Shown here: piece by piece, positions 1 through 12,185 of the stretch
How positions within the stretch are numbered: position 1 is the stretch's first letter
How the letters are laid out: each line of letters opens with the position of its first letter
From: Marsupella aquatica
Lineage: Eukaryota > Plantae > Marchantiophyta
Assembly (NCBI GenBank): GCA_973895155.1
Contig: OZ316893.1
Span: forward strand, 7,154,963-7,218,962
Direction of reading: 5' to 3'
Length of the DNA stretch: 64,000 bases
The notes under the pieces: generated by a model
Databases searched by the model: none
Told to the model about the DNA's origin: nothing
Seen by the model: the letters and a program-made list of their open reading frames with translations, nothing else
Translations under genes and position numbers: made by a program

Positions 1-86
1 GATCCCGCTTCCACACTGACAATTGCCTGCTGTGCTAACAGCACAGAGAGAACTGTGACAATGGCAACAGCGACTCTTCCAGCCAT
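1..86 (-). CDS. 5' end of a gene for a secreted/endomembrane protein (signal peptide), running off the left window edge
   Basis: ATG at 86 in good context (acaATGG). It reads MAGRVAVAIVTVLSVLLAQQAIVSVEAG(S): basic N-region, hydrophobic core and a V-E-A cleavage-like motif. TATATAAA lies ~130 nt upstream. Too short for the ORF track. Confidence 0.6.
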   Translation of the reverse strand, partial: MAGRVAVAIVTVLSVLLAQQAIVSVEAG

Positions 87-215
87 TGTGAGCGAACTGA
101 AGGGAAGAATCCTTCTCACAAGCTACTGAGTTGATCAATTGGATCCAAATTTCACTTCGAGTACCAGCTTCAACGGTGGCTGCCACAACTGCTGTTCTGA
201 GAGCTGAATCGACTG

Positions 216-223
216 TTTATATA
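216..223 (-). promoter_or_regulatory. Putative TATA box of the left-edge gene
   Basis: Plus-strand tttatata reads TATATAAA on the minus strand, ~130 nt upstream of the signal-peptide ATG at 86. Confidence 0.45.
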
Positions 224-2477
224 TCGACGCTGTCCATGCAAACTCTTGGACCGCATCAATCTTACTTCCGATTGGCGAGGCAGTTTTGTCTGTATGCTTG
301 GAACTTTTTTTCACGCCTCCGGGCACTCCGGCACTGGTTCCAATGCACCGCTGAGAATTGCTCAGAAATCATTATAAAAATGTTGCCCGTGTGAACCACG
401 GAGACGAGCATTGAAGGCTACACTGACCTTTTTCGCCGTGATTTAGGGTGAAGTTAGTGGTAACTCCGTATCGCCTTCCGCTTGAGGTCGTCTGTCGACG
501 TCGTCTAGACCGTGGTCTGTTGTGGAGATCAGGAGATGTCCTTGTCCGCTGTTTTTTCTTTCGTCCAGATGGTGATGTTTCCAATCAGATCAAATTGCAA
601 CGTGCAAACTCCCGCCGATATATGGGATGTGATTGTATCAGTCTATGTTTTAACGACCTGGACCAAAAGTTAGAAGGGCCCCTATCGTTAGATCTTTTCA
701 CCTAACGATTAAAATATGATTTTGGGTACACGGGCTGAGGAGAAGCAGTAATTATTTACTCGTTAGTTTGCACATTCAATGATTGCTACGAAGGTACAGA
801 ATTGCAATCCTGACTGCTCATTCGTCTGATGGGCGGCTCCGATTACTTCACGGGCTTCACGATTAGCTTCAACTTTCGTCACCTTAAGAGCACCACCCCA
901 TATTACACTCATATCACGAGAAAATCAGAATGTCTACTGTGCAAATACCATTTCTCATGTACAGTGTTTAGAAGCCGGAAGAATTCTGCCTACTGTGCTG
1001 AAATGCTCATGGTGCTGTACATTGACGTCAAATAGCATCAGTTACACTTAAACTTTTGGCAAGCTGGTTGGCCTGTTTAAGAGAACATTGTTTATTTACA
1101 AGAAAGACGAAAAGTACCGATCAGGACAAATTCTGAAGGGTGTGGTAGTGATTTTTCTGGGAATTAAGGGCGAGTTCAATGTGAGCCTCAACGAAGGGTG
1201 GAAGGGCTCAACATTGGGGATTTCCTTTTGGCAGTGATCTATCAGATCGAGTCAATAAGCTTGATCTTTGCTTCCAAGGTTACTGGAGCAACGGATTCAT
1301 TCAGTCAACTTATTAGTTCCTTTCTGTAAAATGTCATTGCTCAAAATTGTGGCATTAGCCTGTGAATCAACTGGTGACGAAGGGCATGAAATTTCACTGG
1401 GTATTGTACAGAAATACAGTAGTATGCCTAAGGTGATCATGACTCTTTCGCAAGATGGAATCTGTGCAAGTGAGGTCACTTTTTCAGAAAGAAGGACGTG
1501 CGCGCTCATACCACTTTGGACCTCTCATGCTGTTCAAATTTGCACCCACAATCTGTCCAGTGAGAGACGTAAGCATTTCACATGGCGACTACGGTAATCG
1601 ATCATGTCTTAGACCTCTTTCTTCTTTTTGCCTCGAAATTGAACATTGTTAGAGAAATCCGACCCGCAAAAGAGGGACAAGACGACCACCCCTGCCAGGC
1701 CTTGGAACTCTTTTGGTAAAGACGAGGCTACAATGATCACAGAACAGATAGGCCCAGTAGGAGCTCTCGAGAAGCCTGCAGCCAACATCCTGGACAAAAA
1801 GGACCTGATCAATTGGCGACTGACAGCCGACGATGCCGGACGCCGTGATGATTCAACTTGTATTGTGAGCACTGAGCATGATCATCGCCTAAACAACCGT
1901 TCCCACCCGCCGTTTGGCAGGGTTTGTGGGCCAGCCGGACTCATCAGATCATCCGAGGTCAACACCATCGCGCCTGACCTGATGAGGAGTTCCGAATTAG
2001 ACACACTTTTTCCATCTTTAGGAGTCGTTTGCCTGATAGGCCCTCAATTCTAGCCTTCTAGGGGAGCCGCGCACCACAAACCGACTAATTTCACCAGCTC
2101 CTTGCACGAACAATTAGTCAACAGTCATCCTCAGAGGAAACGCCAATTAAACTCGTAAAGAACTACTGCAGTGTTTTCCTTTCGTGGTGTACATGATCAA
2201 GCACCAACATCTTAAAAAAGTAGATTTAGAGAAATTTAACTTAAAAAAAACAACGAACGTGGATTGTTGATCGTGGACGGCTTCTCTATCATGGACCACA
2301 ATCGAGTTGGAGTTAGTTTTCGTTTTGGAATTGCCGTTTAGCAACCAGCCGCAACCCATACAATATTTTGTTTATTTTCAATTCAGATTTTTACAACTGG
2401 GGTGCCTTCTGCATATTAAACTGGCCCCAGACTATTTGACCGCAACCCATCTAATATTTGTTTATTTTTATTTAAGA

Positions 2478-4768
2478 CGAGCTCAATACCCGTGCGTTGC
2501 ACAAAAGATGTCGTGTCGGCCAAGATGTCGTGTCGGTCAAGATGTCGATAAGAAAAGAGAAGTCGTTCTGCCCAAGATGTTGTTATGTGAAGATGTTGAT
2601 AAGAAAAAAGATGTAGTGTGAAAGATGTCGTTATGTGAAAGATGTCGCCAAGAAAAAAAAATTGTTAAGAATAAAGAAGTTTTGTCACCAAAGATGTCGT
2701 TGTGTGAAAGATGTCATCAAGTAAAGAAATGTCATCGAATAAAAAGATGTCATGGCGCCAAAGATGCTATTATGTCAAAGATGTTGTGAAGTAAAAAGAT
2801 GTCGTGGTGCCAAAGATGTAGTGAAGTAAAAACATGTCAAGAATTAAAAAAAATACCATGGCGCAAAAGATGTTGTATCATGTAAAATGTAGTGAAGTAG
2901 AAAGATGTCATGATGCCAAAGATGTTGTCAAGTAAAACAATGGTGTTATGTTAAAGATGGCGCAAAGTAAAAAGATGTTGAGGTGCCTAAGATGCGAGCT
3001 AAGATGTTAAGAGGTTTTGTTATTTTTGTCTCCTTAGAGTACTTGGAGTTTGGAGGGAGAGAGGAGCACACCGAAGAGGGCAACACGACGGGGAGGGGGG
3101 GGGAGGAGAGCGACACGTGGCTGCACCACTGTGCATTGAGGGCCGAGAGGAGAGGGTTGCGGGGAGAGAAGTGGAGTACAGTTTTTCCAGATTTATTCCT
3201 TTCTTTTTACAGTTTTGGTACTTCCCACCCAAAACATCATGTTAAATTCAAATGATGGTCACGCCATTTTCTGGTGCAATAGTGTATTATATGTTTTGAT
3301 AGAGATAACAAAAAGCAAAAGCAGCTAACATGAGACCTTAATTTCTTCTAATTGCAAACATTTACAAGGCTCTCATAATGGAAAGTGAAAATTTTGAGCT
3401 ATGTTCATATCCTCCAATGCACACATGGATAGTTTTCTTGGACATAAAATGCAGAAAAATAGGCCTTTACAATGGCCTTCAAATAAGATAATCTATCTCT
3501 TATCACTTTCCTAGCTTAAGCCCTGAGTTCATGAATTTACTTTTTACAATTAATTTCAGGGCATTTATAAAAAAAATGCATATTCAAAATATGGATCGCC
3601 ACATTTTTATTTCTCCTCTGCTTTTACTAAAGTGAGGAAAATGAAAATATTTTACTTTTCAGGTGTGTTAACTTCCTATTACCTGATTATGAGCAATATT
3701 AACTCTCAAAACTTGTGCTAAAACCCTTGTTTTGGGGGCATTATGGCTAACAATGCTCTCTAAAATGTATGTTCATAGAGTCTAAATGTTCTGTGGTTTG
3801 GCTGAATTTTTTTCTACATCGTGTTATGTACAACTTACCTCAATCACAACAATTCACAATTTTTGTACCCTTCCCCTTGTAAAGAACGCTTTGACCACGA
3901 CTGAAATTTAGTACCCGCTGACCTTAAAATCCAATGGTCTTCCTTACTGAGTGTGCACTCCAGCGCCATTAATGCAGGGCGGGGCTGGAGGAGGAGGAGG
4001 GACTTGGGTGAGGCAAGGCAAGGCCGCGGTGAGGGAGGGCGGGGCAAGACGGAGGCGAGGAGCAGGCAAGAGAGGGAGCGGGAGTTGGGGCAAGGATGGA
4101 GGGTCGCCAACGGTGGGCTTGTCGGGGCTTGTCAAGGGAGGGAGCGAGGTCATGGGGGGAGGGAGCAAGGTAGTCGGGGCTGTTGGGGAGGGAGCGAGAC
4201 CGCTACACGGTTGGGCTTGTCAGGGCTCGTCGGGGCGCCACAGAGTCGAGGTGCTGGAGGGAAAGCGGGGTCACCGCGGGACGTTTTGTGCACTCAGTTT
4301 TTTTTTTGCTGTTTATAATTTCCACTTTTTTAGTGTCAATTTTTTCCACCCAAAACACCCCGCCATTTTGAGTGATGACCATAGAAGAAAATGCACAACT
4401 TTGTATTATAGTCTTTAATAGCTTTTGATATTTTAATTAAATTATTATCATTATTATATTATACAATAATATTGCAGTTCCTGTAATAATAAAAAATATT
4501 ATATACATTAAATGTACCTTTGTACTTCTTGTGTATGGATAAGTGATCTCCTTGATACTCATGTGCATTGGCTCCCTCTTTTTTGTGTCCCATTTGATTC
4601 CCCATTTGTTTGGAATGCACTTGATTCACTTTTGGTGTACACTAAATTTAATATAGCTCTGATTCCTTGGTTTGCTAGGATTAATTTTTTTTTGAATTTT
4701 TTTTCACCCTGCAAATTTGAATGACGACCACTGTAAAAAAGGGCGCAACAGTGTATTATAGTTTAGGA
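2478..4768 (-). mobile_element. Non-autonomous Helitron-like element (~2.3 kb), composite
   Basis: A ~90-bp host unit is intact at 2350-2440 (..caga-tttttacaactgggg..). Its second copy is split exactly between A2477 and T4769, with no TSD. The insert begins TC on the minus strand (TCCTAAACTATAATACAC) and ends GCAACGCACGGGTATTGAGCTCG, the plant Helitron subterminal motif with a CTAG-like end (CTCG). Confidence 0.75.
2504..3010 (+). repeat. Degenerate AAAGATGT(C/T) minisatellite (~17-20-nt units) inside the Helitron-like element
   Basis: AAGATGTC/AAGATGTT recurs every ~17-20 nt over ~500 bp. The same motif array is at 45666-46380. Confidence 0.85.
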
Positions 4769-4829
4769 TTTTTACAACTGGGGTGCATATTAAACTGGCC
4801 CCAGACTGTTCGACCCCGGATCAAATATA

Positions 4830-5735
4830 CAGCGCATTAATGCTCCCCATTTCCATGGGACCCAGTATAGTGCCTGTCCTAGTCTTCGGTGCTACTGCCC
4901 ACTCTGGCCTGAGTTCATCAAAACATACATCGAGACTCCACGCAGATCGATCAACTTTGTGTCATTGACTTTGGGTTTATGTTCTGGCCCCTTTCACTTG
5001 TTGTTGTTTGCTCCGGCCCGATCAACTTTGTGCTATTGACTTCTTTCTTGTGGGGTCGTGGTTTATGCAAGGGTTTATGTTATAGTAACACTTCTTTCCA
5101 ACTTAGTCATGTTTGTTTTGTACCACTGTCTACATGTTGCAGAGTCTAGTACTTTGGTTAAGAGTCATGCTTGATAGAGTCTTGGTGGATGTTCTGCCAA
5201 GTGCTACTTCCCTATGGAGTCGTGGTTTTATGTTAAGGAAACACTTCTTTCCAACATAGTCATGCTTGCTTCATAACATAGCCTAAGTGTTGCGGATAAG
5301 TTGTATAATAATCTGGTTAAGAGTGGATCATGATTGATAGTCATGGTTAATATTCTACCAAATGCTTCTTCTCAAGTTGTGGTTTAGTTCTGGCAACACT
5401 TCTTTCCAATGGAGTCATGTCTCTTTAGTACGTGAGAGAGTCTAAGTGTTCAAGCAATGCCTAGTACTTTGGATAAGATTGATGATTAATGATAGAGTCT
5501 TGGGTTCATGTTCTGGCAAAATTGAGCCAGAGTGGGCGACAAGAAGTGAAGAGTGCTAGAACATAAACCCAATTAACAAAAGTCAATGACACAAAGTTGT
5601 TTGGGCCGCGCCAGAGCAGCGACAAAATGGTAGAGACTTGGTTTTTGTTTTGGCAAACTTGGGCCAAAGTGGCAACAGCATCTGGGACGGACAATATACA
5701 GAGCCCCAGGAAAATGGGGGAGCATTAATGCCTTG
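4830..5735. mobile_element. Non-autonomous TIR element with long (~200 bp) imperfect TIRs and TA flanks (Tc1/mariner-like)
   Basis: Left end TA|CAGCGCATTAATGCTCCCCATTT; right end reverse-complemented TA|CAAGGCATTAATGCTCCCCCATTT. Inverted similarity continues through CAACTTTGTGTCATTGACTTT and GGGTTTATGTTCT. The interior has 3 degenerate ~154-bp units (CACTTCTTTCCAA..AGTCATG at ~5089, 5242, 5397). Confidence 0.8.
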
Positions 5736-5894
5736 TAGATTTAGCACGAGGTACTATATTGTTTGGAGTATAATCCAAACAATCCTTAGAGCCTCACCAA
5801 AACTTGAGGAATTGGTCGCAAGTGAGCAATACCCATTTGAACTTACCACCACCAGTACAACATAGTCCAAGATATCCCCTGTCTGAAATTATGC

Positions 5895-6045
5895 TCCCAT
5901 GGACCACAGCATTGATCTTTTGATACCCCCATTGGGACCCCTATGGACCACATTTCCTAAAATTTGAGTTTACTTGTAATGACTTGATGTTCATAATAAA
6001 TTCAAATACTTTCTAGTTTTGAGGATATTCTAGAGGAGTAGGTGA
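5895..6045 (+). repeat. Dispersed repeat, second copy at ~44795-44930
   Basis: Both loci share CCACATTTCC.AAAATTTGAG.TT..TTGTAAT.A.TTGAT.TTCATAA...AGTTTTGAGG.TAT.CTAG. Confidence 0.7.
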
Positions 6046-9000
6046 GAGTGTCAATTTTCAGGGTCTAATACTCACAAACTAGTGTTAATCACACTAATTG
6101 TGTGCTAACAATATGTCAGCACACTTGAATTAGTGCCGTTGTGAACTCAAGAGTGGAAAAATAGAGGGAAAAAATTGTTTTTAAAAATTCACAAGAATTA
6201 GTTTTAATTCCAACAATATTTATTGCTCAAGGCGTAGAGCAGTCAGCGATATTCCGTGCATGCAGCCTTTGTCCTCTATCTCTATTTCAGACGAAAAATT
6301 ATGTCCTAAAGCACTCTTGCCAGGCTTTTCATTCCATCCAAGAAATCCCATACACGTGCAGTCGACGGATCAGGCTGAGCACCCTGCCAGCTGGTACGTA
6401 AAATACCGTCGATTAACTCTTTCAATGTAGGTATGGTTGCCGATTACTGTATAGCGGATTACCGGCCTTACAGGCGTCTTTGCTGGAGTGTGACCGGGCC
6501 AGGTTCGATTCCCATCTTCTGATATTCACCCGGGGATATTCATCCCTTTCAGACACTGATATGATAGCCCGGTAGCCAGATACGGCACAATAATAATCGA
6601 TTACATTTATGGTCTTTGTCCTATGGGACGGCATATGCGTCTACAATAGCGGGAGCGTGTCCGCGCCACAATTAATTACATAGTTAATTTTATACGGTAC
6701 CGGAATCAAACCCCGGTGGGCCTGGGTAAACGGCTAAACGCCGAGTATCTTTTGTGTCACTTTCGGGGGAAAAATCAACTTGCCGTGTACTCCTGGACTT
6801 TACTTCAATAGTGCGTACCACTGGGACAAATGACTGACAAAAGCAACCTCTAAATTGAGGGTTATAAACTCAGATAGGATCCATTCGTATCATATATATC
6901 CAACTACCAAAGAATAAAAAGTGTCAACTAATGGAAGACAGTATCCCCAAGACAAGAGACCTGATAAAGGGGGACAAACAAGGAAAAACAACAGGAAAGT
7001 CAAAAAAGCCCAACTGAATAGTAAAACCTATCGAGTAAACAGTTTAGGAGAGGCTCCACTAGAAATTTGTCTAGGATCCCCATCCTACAAGTTTTGTTTG
7101 AATAGGATGTTAGACCCGGCTCGTTGGATGAAAAGGGACCTTATTAATTTTATTTTTATTTTTTTAAAAAGGAAAATAAGAGCCCCATCAATACCACACA
7201 AGGGGACGAGAGAAAAACAAAACAAAACCGTGAAGTTGGCGTGGGGAGACAACCCCACCAACCATTCTGGATGGCTGTTCCTGGATTTCTCAATACTTGC
7301 TCTTAGAGGCCCCACCAAGGACCCACTTTCACCCCTGACCACATCACTACATCAGCATGCACTGTGAAATCTGATGAAAATTGTCTCCTGTTCACTAACC
7401 TTTAAGAGGGACTTCCTTTTGGGAGCTGAATGACTCCCATATTGCCCTGATGGAACTAAACTCAACCCTTCATGATGCAGCCCGGCACAAACCCATCACG
7501 CCATGGGCGTTACATGGGCGTAGACCACAATGGGTGTCTTGGATGTACCCTAAACCATATGCTAACCATCGAATGAGCTTTACAAATAATTTCTAATAAC
7601 TCAAAAACATATGATTTCACGTACAGGATATTGAGGGAAATATTAAATGTCAAAGTTAGCTACTCCACTCTTTGAGATGCAATGTGTGGACACCTGTGAT
7701 AGAGTAACCTCTTTAGAGATTCCTAACTCTCTCGATTCGTCATGAAAATTAGAGATACTCAACTTGTTGCAAAGATCTTTCCGAGACTCTTCTAATGAGC
7801 TCAAGAAGAGATTTTCAGTTAGATATTGAGGGAGATATTGAAATGTCAAAACTTTCTGTTGAAATCTTTTTGGAGATGAGAATGGTGCCAATTAGAATGG
7901 ATCAATGAGTGAAGGTTTAACACAGATTGAGCCCAAGCAGGCCATGTAATTCCATTGGTTGCATGGCCCAAGGTACGTATAAAATGTGCATCGAGTGAGC
8001 CTGTGAACCATTGTGGTTACATGGTTCACGTGCCTATGGGCACATCATTCTGCAATGCATGTCCATGGAGACCATTTGCAGAGGGAATTTGTCATGACCA
8101 TATGTATTGTGTGGTAGGATATAGTGTGCTAGCGGAGGCCATGCCTTATGTAAGGCCGTATTGTCTAGGTAGGGGTTGGAGGGCATAGTGTGGAGTGAGG
8201 TCAACAAATAGTGGTGCTCTGAGTTGTCTGAGCCTGTTGTGTTGGGAGTTAGTCTTGTAGTAAGTCGCTTTGATCCACCCCGTGATCGGTAAGTCACTAT
8301 GTATGTGGGTATGGTATGTCAGCAGTGTATGTTGTATGATGCTGTGGATTTGCACGCCAAATTAGCACTAAATATACCAAAAGTCCCAGAATCTATAACC
8401 TAATGAGCTTTGATGCTCTCGTGCTAGGGCAATTGGCTAGCAACCTGCATAGCCAAGTTCACACCTAGCCCCTTGTCTGTTAGGCACACATTGCGCCCTG
8501 CATGCCGTTATATGTTTTTAATAGAAGATATACTTATGTATTGTGTTGCTCATCAGCTTATGCAAGCCAGGCAAAATGTCATGCATTACCTGAGATTTCC
8601 CCTGCTCACCTGGGACTTTCCCCAATGGACAGGACAAACAGAAGGAAAGAATTGCTGTTACTCTGGAGCCCTTGCAAGCTCAGGAATTTTTCAAGTTCTT
8701 TTAAAGGTAAACTCCCACCAGCCAGATTTATTGATTAAGGGGTTTATTATACTACTTCCCACAAACTTCTTATGTCTTATTATCTATAATCAAAGTATAT
8801 TTAAAATTTAATAAGGTCTTGGTACCTACTTACTATATGTATCCAAGGTTAGTATAAGATTCCCCTTGTCTAAAACCATTACCCAATCCATTCCAAAATT
8901 ACCTTATTTTGGTTGCATGGATAGCCTTTTATCTATTGTATTATATTTACCACTTTGTTGCAACAGTCCATGAAATTTGTTGAAAGTTCATATAGATCCC

Positions 9001-11229
9001 ATACATTGCTTAAATGATATAAAGGACATTCTTGTGAAGGACACCCAAAGTGGGGTTTTCAGGACTGGTGCCTTGACCAATTGTAAATGCTGGGTTTTGC
9101 AGACTTGTCTCTTTAGCATTTGGATCTTTGGGTCTTTCTTTATCATTCACATGTGTTCACATGCTCAGTGCACTTGTTGGATGCCAAACAAAGATCCAAA
9201 TCAGCAAATGGATCTTTGTAAAGCAAGTGAATGTTAATCTCCAATTGAATTAAACTAACTCAGGAACTAACTGAAACAGCGTGCAAAGAGTTAGGAGACA
9301 ATTCACAAATCACCTTTCAGTCAAAACTATAACAGGTGCTATCTAAGTCTTATTAGGCTTTCTGCCATTTTAAGTCCATCCCAGCTTAATTTACCAAAGA
9401 AACACTGACGACATTTTTAAAAGAAAAAGAGAGGGAAAAAGAGGAGGGCAGGAAGCCCAATTAATAGAAAGTTAGCCATAACCCCTGGACTGCAAAAGGA
9501 CTGTCACACGGATTGAAGCAACATAAGCAGGACCATGCAAAAGAACCAGCCCTTAAGTAAACTTACTAAGAGACTAATAGAAATATAAAAATGAAGGAGC
9601 ATATTCAAAACAACTTTCAGCCCTAGAGTGTGCTGACAACCCATAAGGGGCAGGAGAATGCACCAATGTGCCAACTCTAATTCCCCAAATACCAAGCTTA
9701 ACAAAATCAACCAAGCCAAAACAGCTTGGAAGTCTCACACTGAAATCTGGGCAAATTCAGGAATTTCAAAACATTGAACTCAGGGTTTTTGAAAATTGTC
9801 AGCACAACCATTGCAACCTGGCTCATAAGGCAAAAGACAATCAGAGTTTGGGAAGGAAGCCATCCTTGCAGTCAGATGATGGGCCTGATTTTCTGCACCA
9901 GATTGCCTCCCCCTGCTTTTAGTCCTATGGGCTGCCTCAGTTAATACAGTGCATGCCTGCTCGTTGGCTGCCTCACCTGCCCACAAAGGCTGCCTGGGTT
10001 TATGCAATGGTCTGCGCTGGGCGATCCTCGCCTGCCCACAATGCTTGCCCATGAGTGAGAGCTAGTTTGCGTCCCAATGCCCATTCAAGAGGGAGAAGGG
10101 AGACAGGGACTGACTAGGTGGGGAGAAGGAGAAAGAGAAAAAACAAACCATTGAGCACTTGCTGTCATCTCCCTCCATCAGGGTCAGACACCACGTCAAA
10201 ACATTGGTGTCCAGGCATCCTAGCTTTCACTTCAGTTTTGAAAGTGGTGGATGTTACACCAGATTTCATTTAAAACAATAAAAAAAGCCTATGAATTTGG
10301 TTCATCAAAATTGATAAATGAGGGTCTGCTTTTCAGCCGGCCACCCTTGGGAGAACTAACGTAGGAGTGTAGTGTGAAAAGAACTTTCCTTCCATAGGAT
10401 GAGGACTTTTGACATTTCATCCCAATTCATAGGCTTGAATGGGGACCCTACCCTAACTGAATCTTGTTTTCAATGAAAAGGGAAAAGGGACGCCTAAAGG
10501 ATCCCGTTGCAACTGAATTTATCTCACATGCAACTGTATTTCTATCACATGCACTGGTCAATCTGTCTTGTTCTATGGTGCACGTAAGCTGGCTGGATAC
10601 ATGAACACCCTCCATAAAGAGAGTGCATGAAGGGCACAAAATCCCCAATTGAAGGAAAAGAGACATAAGGTGCAAATTGGAAAATGAGCCCAGAAAAAGA
10701 CTTGATGGTGCCCTCCAGGGAAATAAACCCGGACGAGGCCCCTTAGTTTGAATGGACTCCCTGCTGGGCCCCTCAGGCCTTGCAGCCCATGAACATTCCT
10801 TGCCACCTAGCCTCTTTCACCCCAGAGGCCAGAGAGTTCCACAGTCAACTAACATAGTATTCTCTAGCCCTGTTGTCCCTTGCAAAGTCTATTTTAGAAG
10901 TTTTTCTCTTTTCCTAAAGTGGCAATTATTTCACCTGGTACGATCAAGTTGAAGACTCTAAGCATGTTCTTTGTTTAGTTTTTTTAGATGAATATTTTAC
11001 CATGAGATCTTCCTAGATTTAAGGAGAAAGGTCAAATTGTAGGGTCTATGTAAGTGGCTAGGTGGGAAATAAACAAAAAAAATACTGACTAATTTAAACC
11101 AAACTGGTTCATACAATTTTTCTGGGGTTGGAGAGTAGAATTTTTCACAACTGCTGATCAAAACAATTTGGGGGAAGGGCAACTTTGAGGCGCCCTTACC
11201 AGTAGAGTCCGCGGATGTAACTCTTGTTT

Positions 11230-11545
11230 AATAGGCAGGGGTTCAGAATGGACAAAAAGGTTGGCTATAACAAAAAAGAAAAGTTTTTTAATATACCAGG
11301 GTTTTCCATATATTTTTTGAGTCGTATATAAAGTTTGGTTTTCTTTATTTCCACATTAAATTAAATAAAAATCCTAAAAATCCTGTTAGTTTTGGTTGTA
11401 GACCCCTGTATTAGAAAAAGTCATATGATTTGGTTTTGGTCAAGTTTTTTCAGATGAAAACAATTCAATTGTTTTTTAACTTTCATTTTTGGATTCCTTG
11501 AGTTGAGAGGTGCAATAGATTAGTAGACTAAAATGAAAACCAACA
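11230..11545 (+). repeat. Dispersed AT-rich repeat (TE remnant), second copy at ~45268-45630
   Basis: Both copies have collinear blocks AATAGGCAGGGGTT, GGGTTTTCCA, AATCCTAAAA, C.TGTATTA, TTTTTGGATTC.TTGAGTTGAGAGGT and GTAGACTAAAAT. Confidence 0.75.
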
Positions 11546-11979
11546 TGAATGATAGGACATATTAAGGACGTTGTAAGGAATCAAAAATTTGTCTCATAAA
11601 AAGGCAAGTTGCATACTGGAGTAGTGTCACTATGGGTCAGAACTCCGGCCAGAACAGCCACTGGGAAAAATTAATCTAGGGGGTTTAGTTTGAGACAGGG
11701 TCACAAGACCCACCCATGAGTTAGCTCAACATCAGTAGGGCGCCAACACATATGTGCAGACCAAGAGTAATTAAGTGTGGACAGCATGCCCTGACTGTAC
11801 CATTACCCAACCCAATGAAAGCATTCTGGGAGCAAAAAATCATTGGGGAAGGGCTAACTTAGAATTCCTAGTGCAACCCCAGAACTTTCCCACCTGCCTC
11901 TTGCCCTCCCTTTGCAGGACTCAAGGAAGCCTCTAGGATGCCAAGATAGATGGTGCAATGTGGTGACCAGAAGAAGGGA

Positions 11980-12185
11980 AAAGAGTGCATTTTTTAAGGG
12001 CAATTTGTCAAATTCCACCCCACAACAATAATATTATTGGCTTTTGGAAAAAACCTAGCAACTTGTTTTACCTACTTTCCAGGAAGGGAGTGCATTTTGA
12101 AGTGCAAAAATTTGTCAAATTCCACCCCACTAGAATTATTATAGGCTTTTGGAAAAAAATAGCAAGTTATTTTCTTAGTTTCCCC
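11980..12185 (+). repeat. Tandem duplication of ~105 bp
   Basis: Two copies of GAGTGCATTTT..AATTTGTCAAATTCCACCCCAC..GGCTTTTGGAAAAAA..TAGCAA. Confidence 0.85.

Noticed and set aside
2504-3010. Short motif with variable intervening sequence, resembling a CRISPR array (also 45666-46380)
   Set aside because: The units are only ~17-20 nt, the intervening parts are related and low-complexity, there are no cas genes, and the context is eukaryotic. It is a TE minisatellite.
3951-4418. Gly/Arg/Pro-rich ORFs of 74-155 aa
   Set aside because: They arise from a G-rich low-complexity tract inside the Helitron-like element and are open in several frames.
6440-6520. tRNA gene suggested by GGTTCGATTCCC
   Set aside because: The T stem has only ~2 pairs, and no acceptor, D or anticodon stem can be built.
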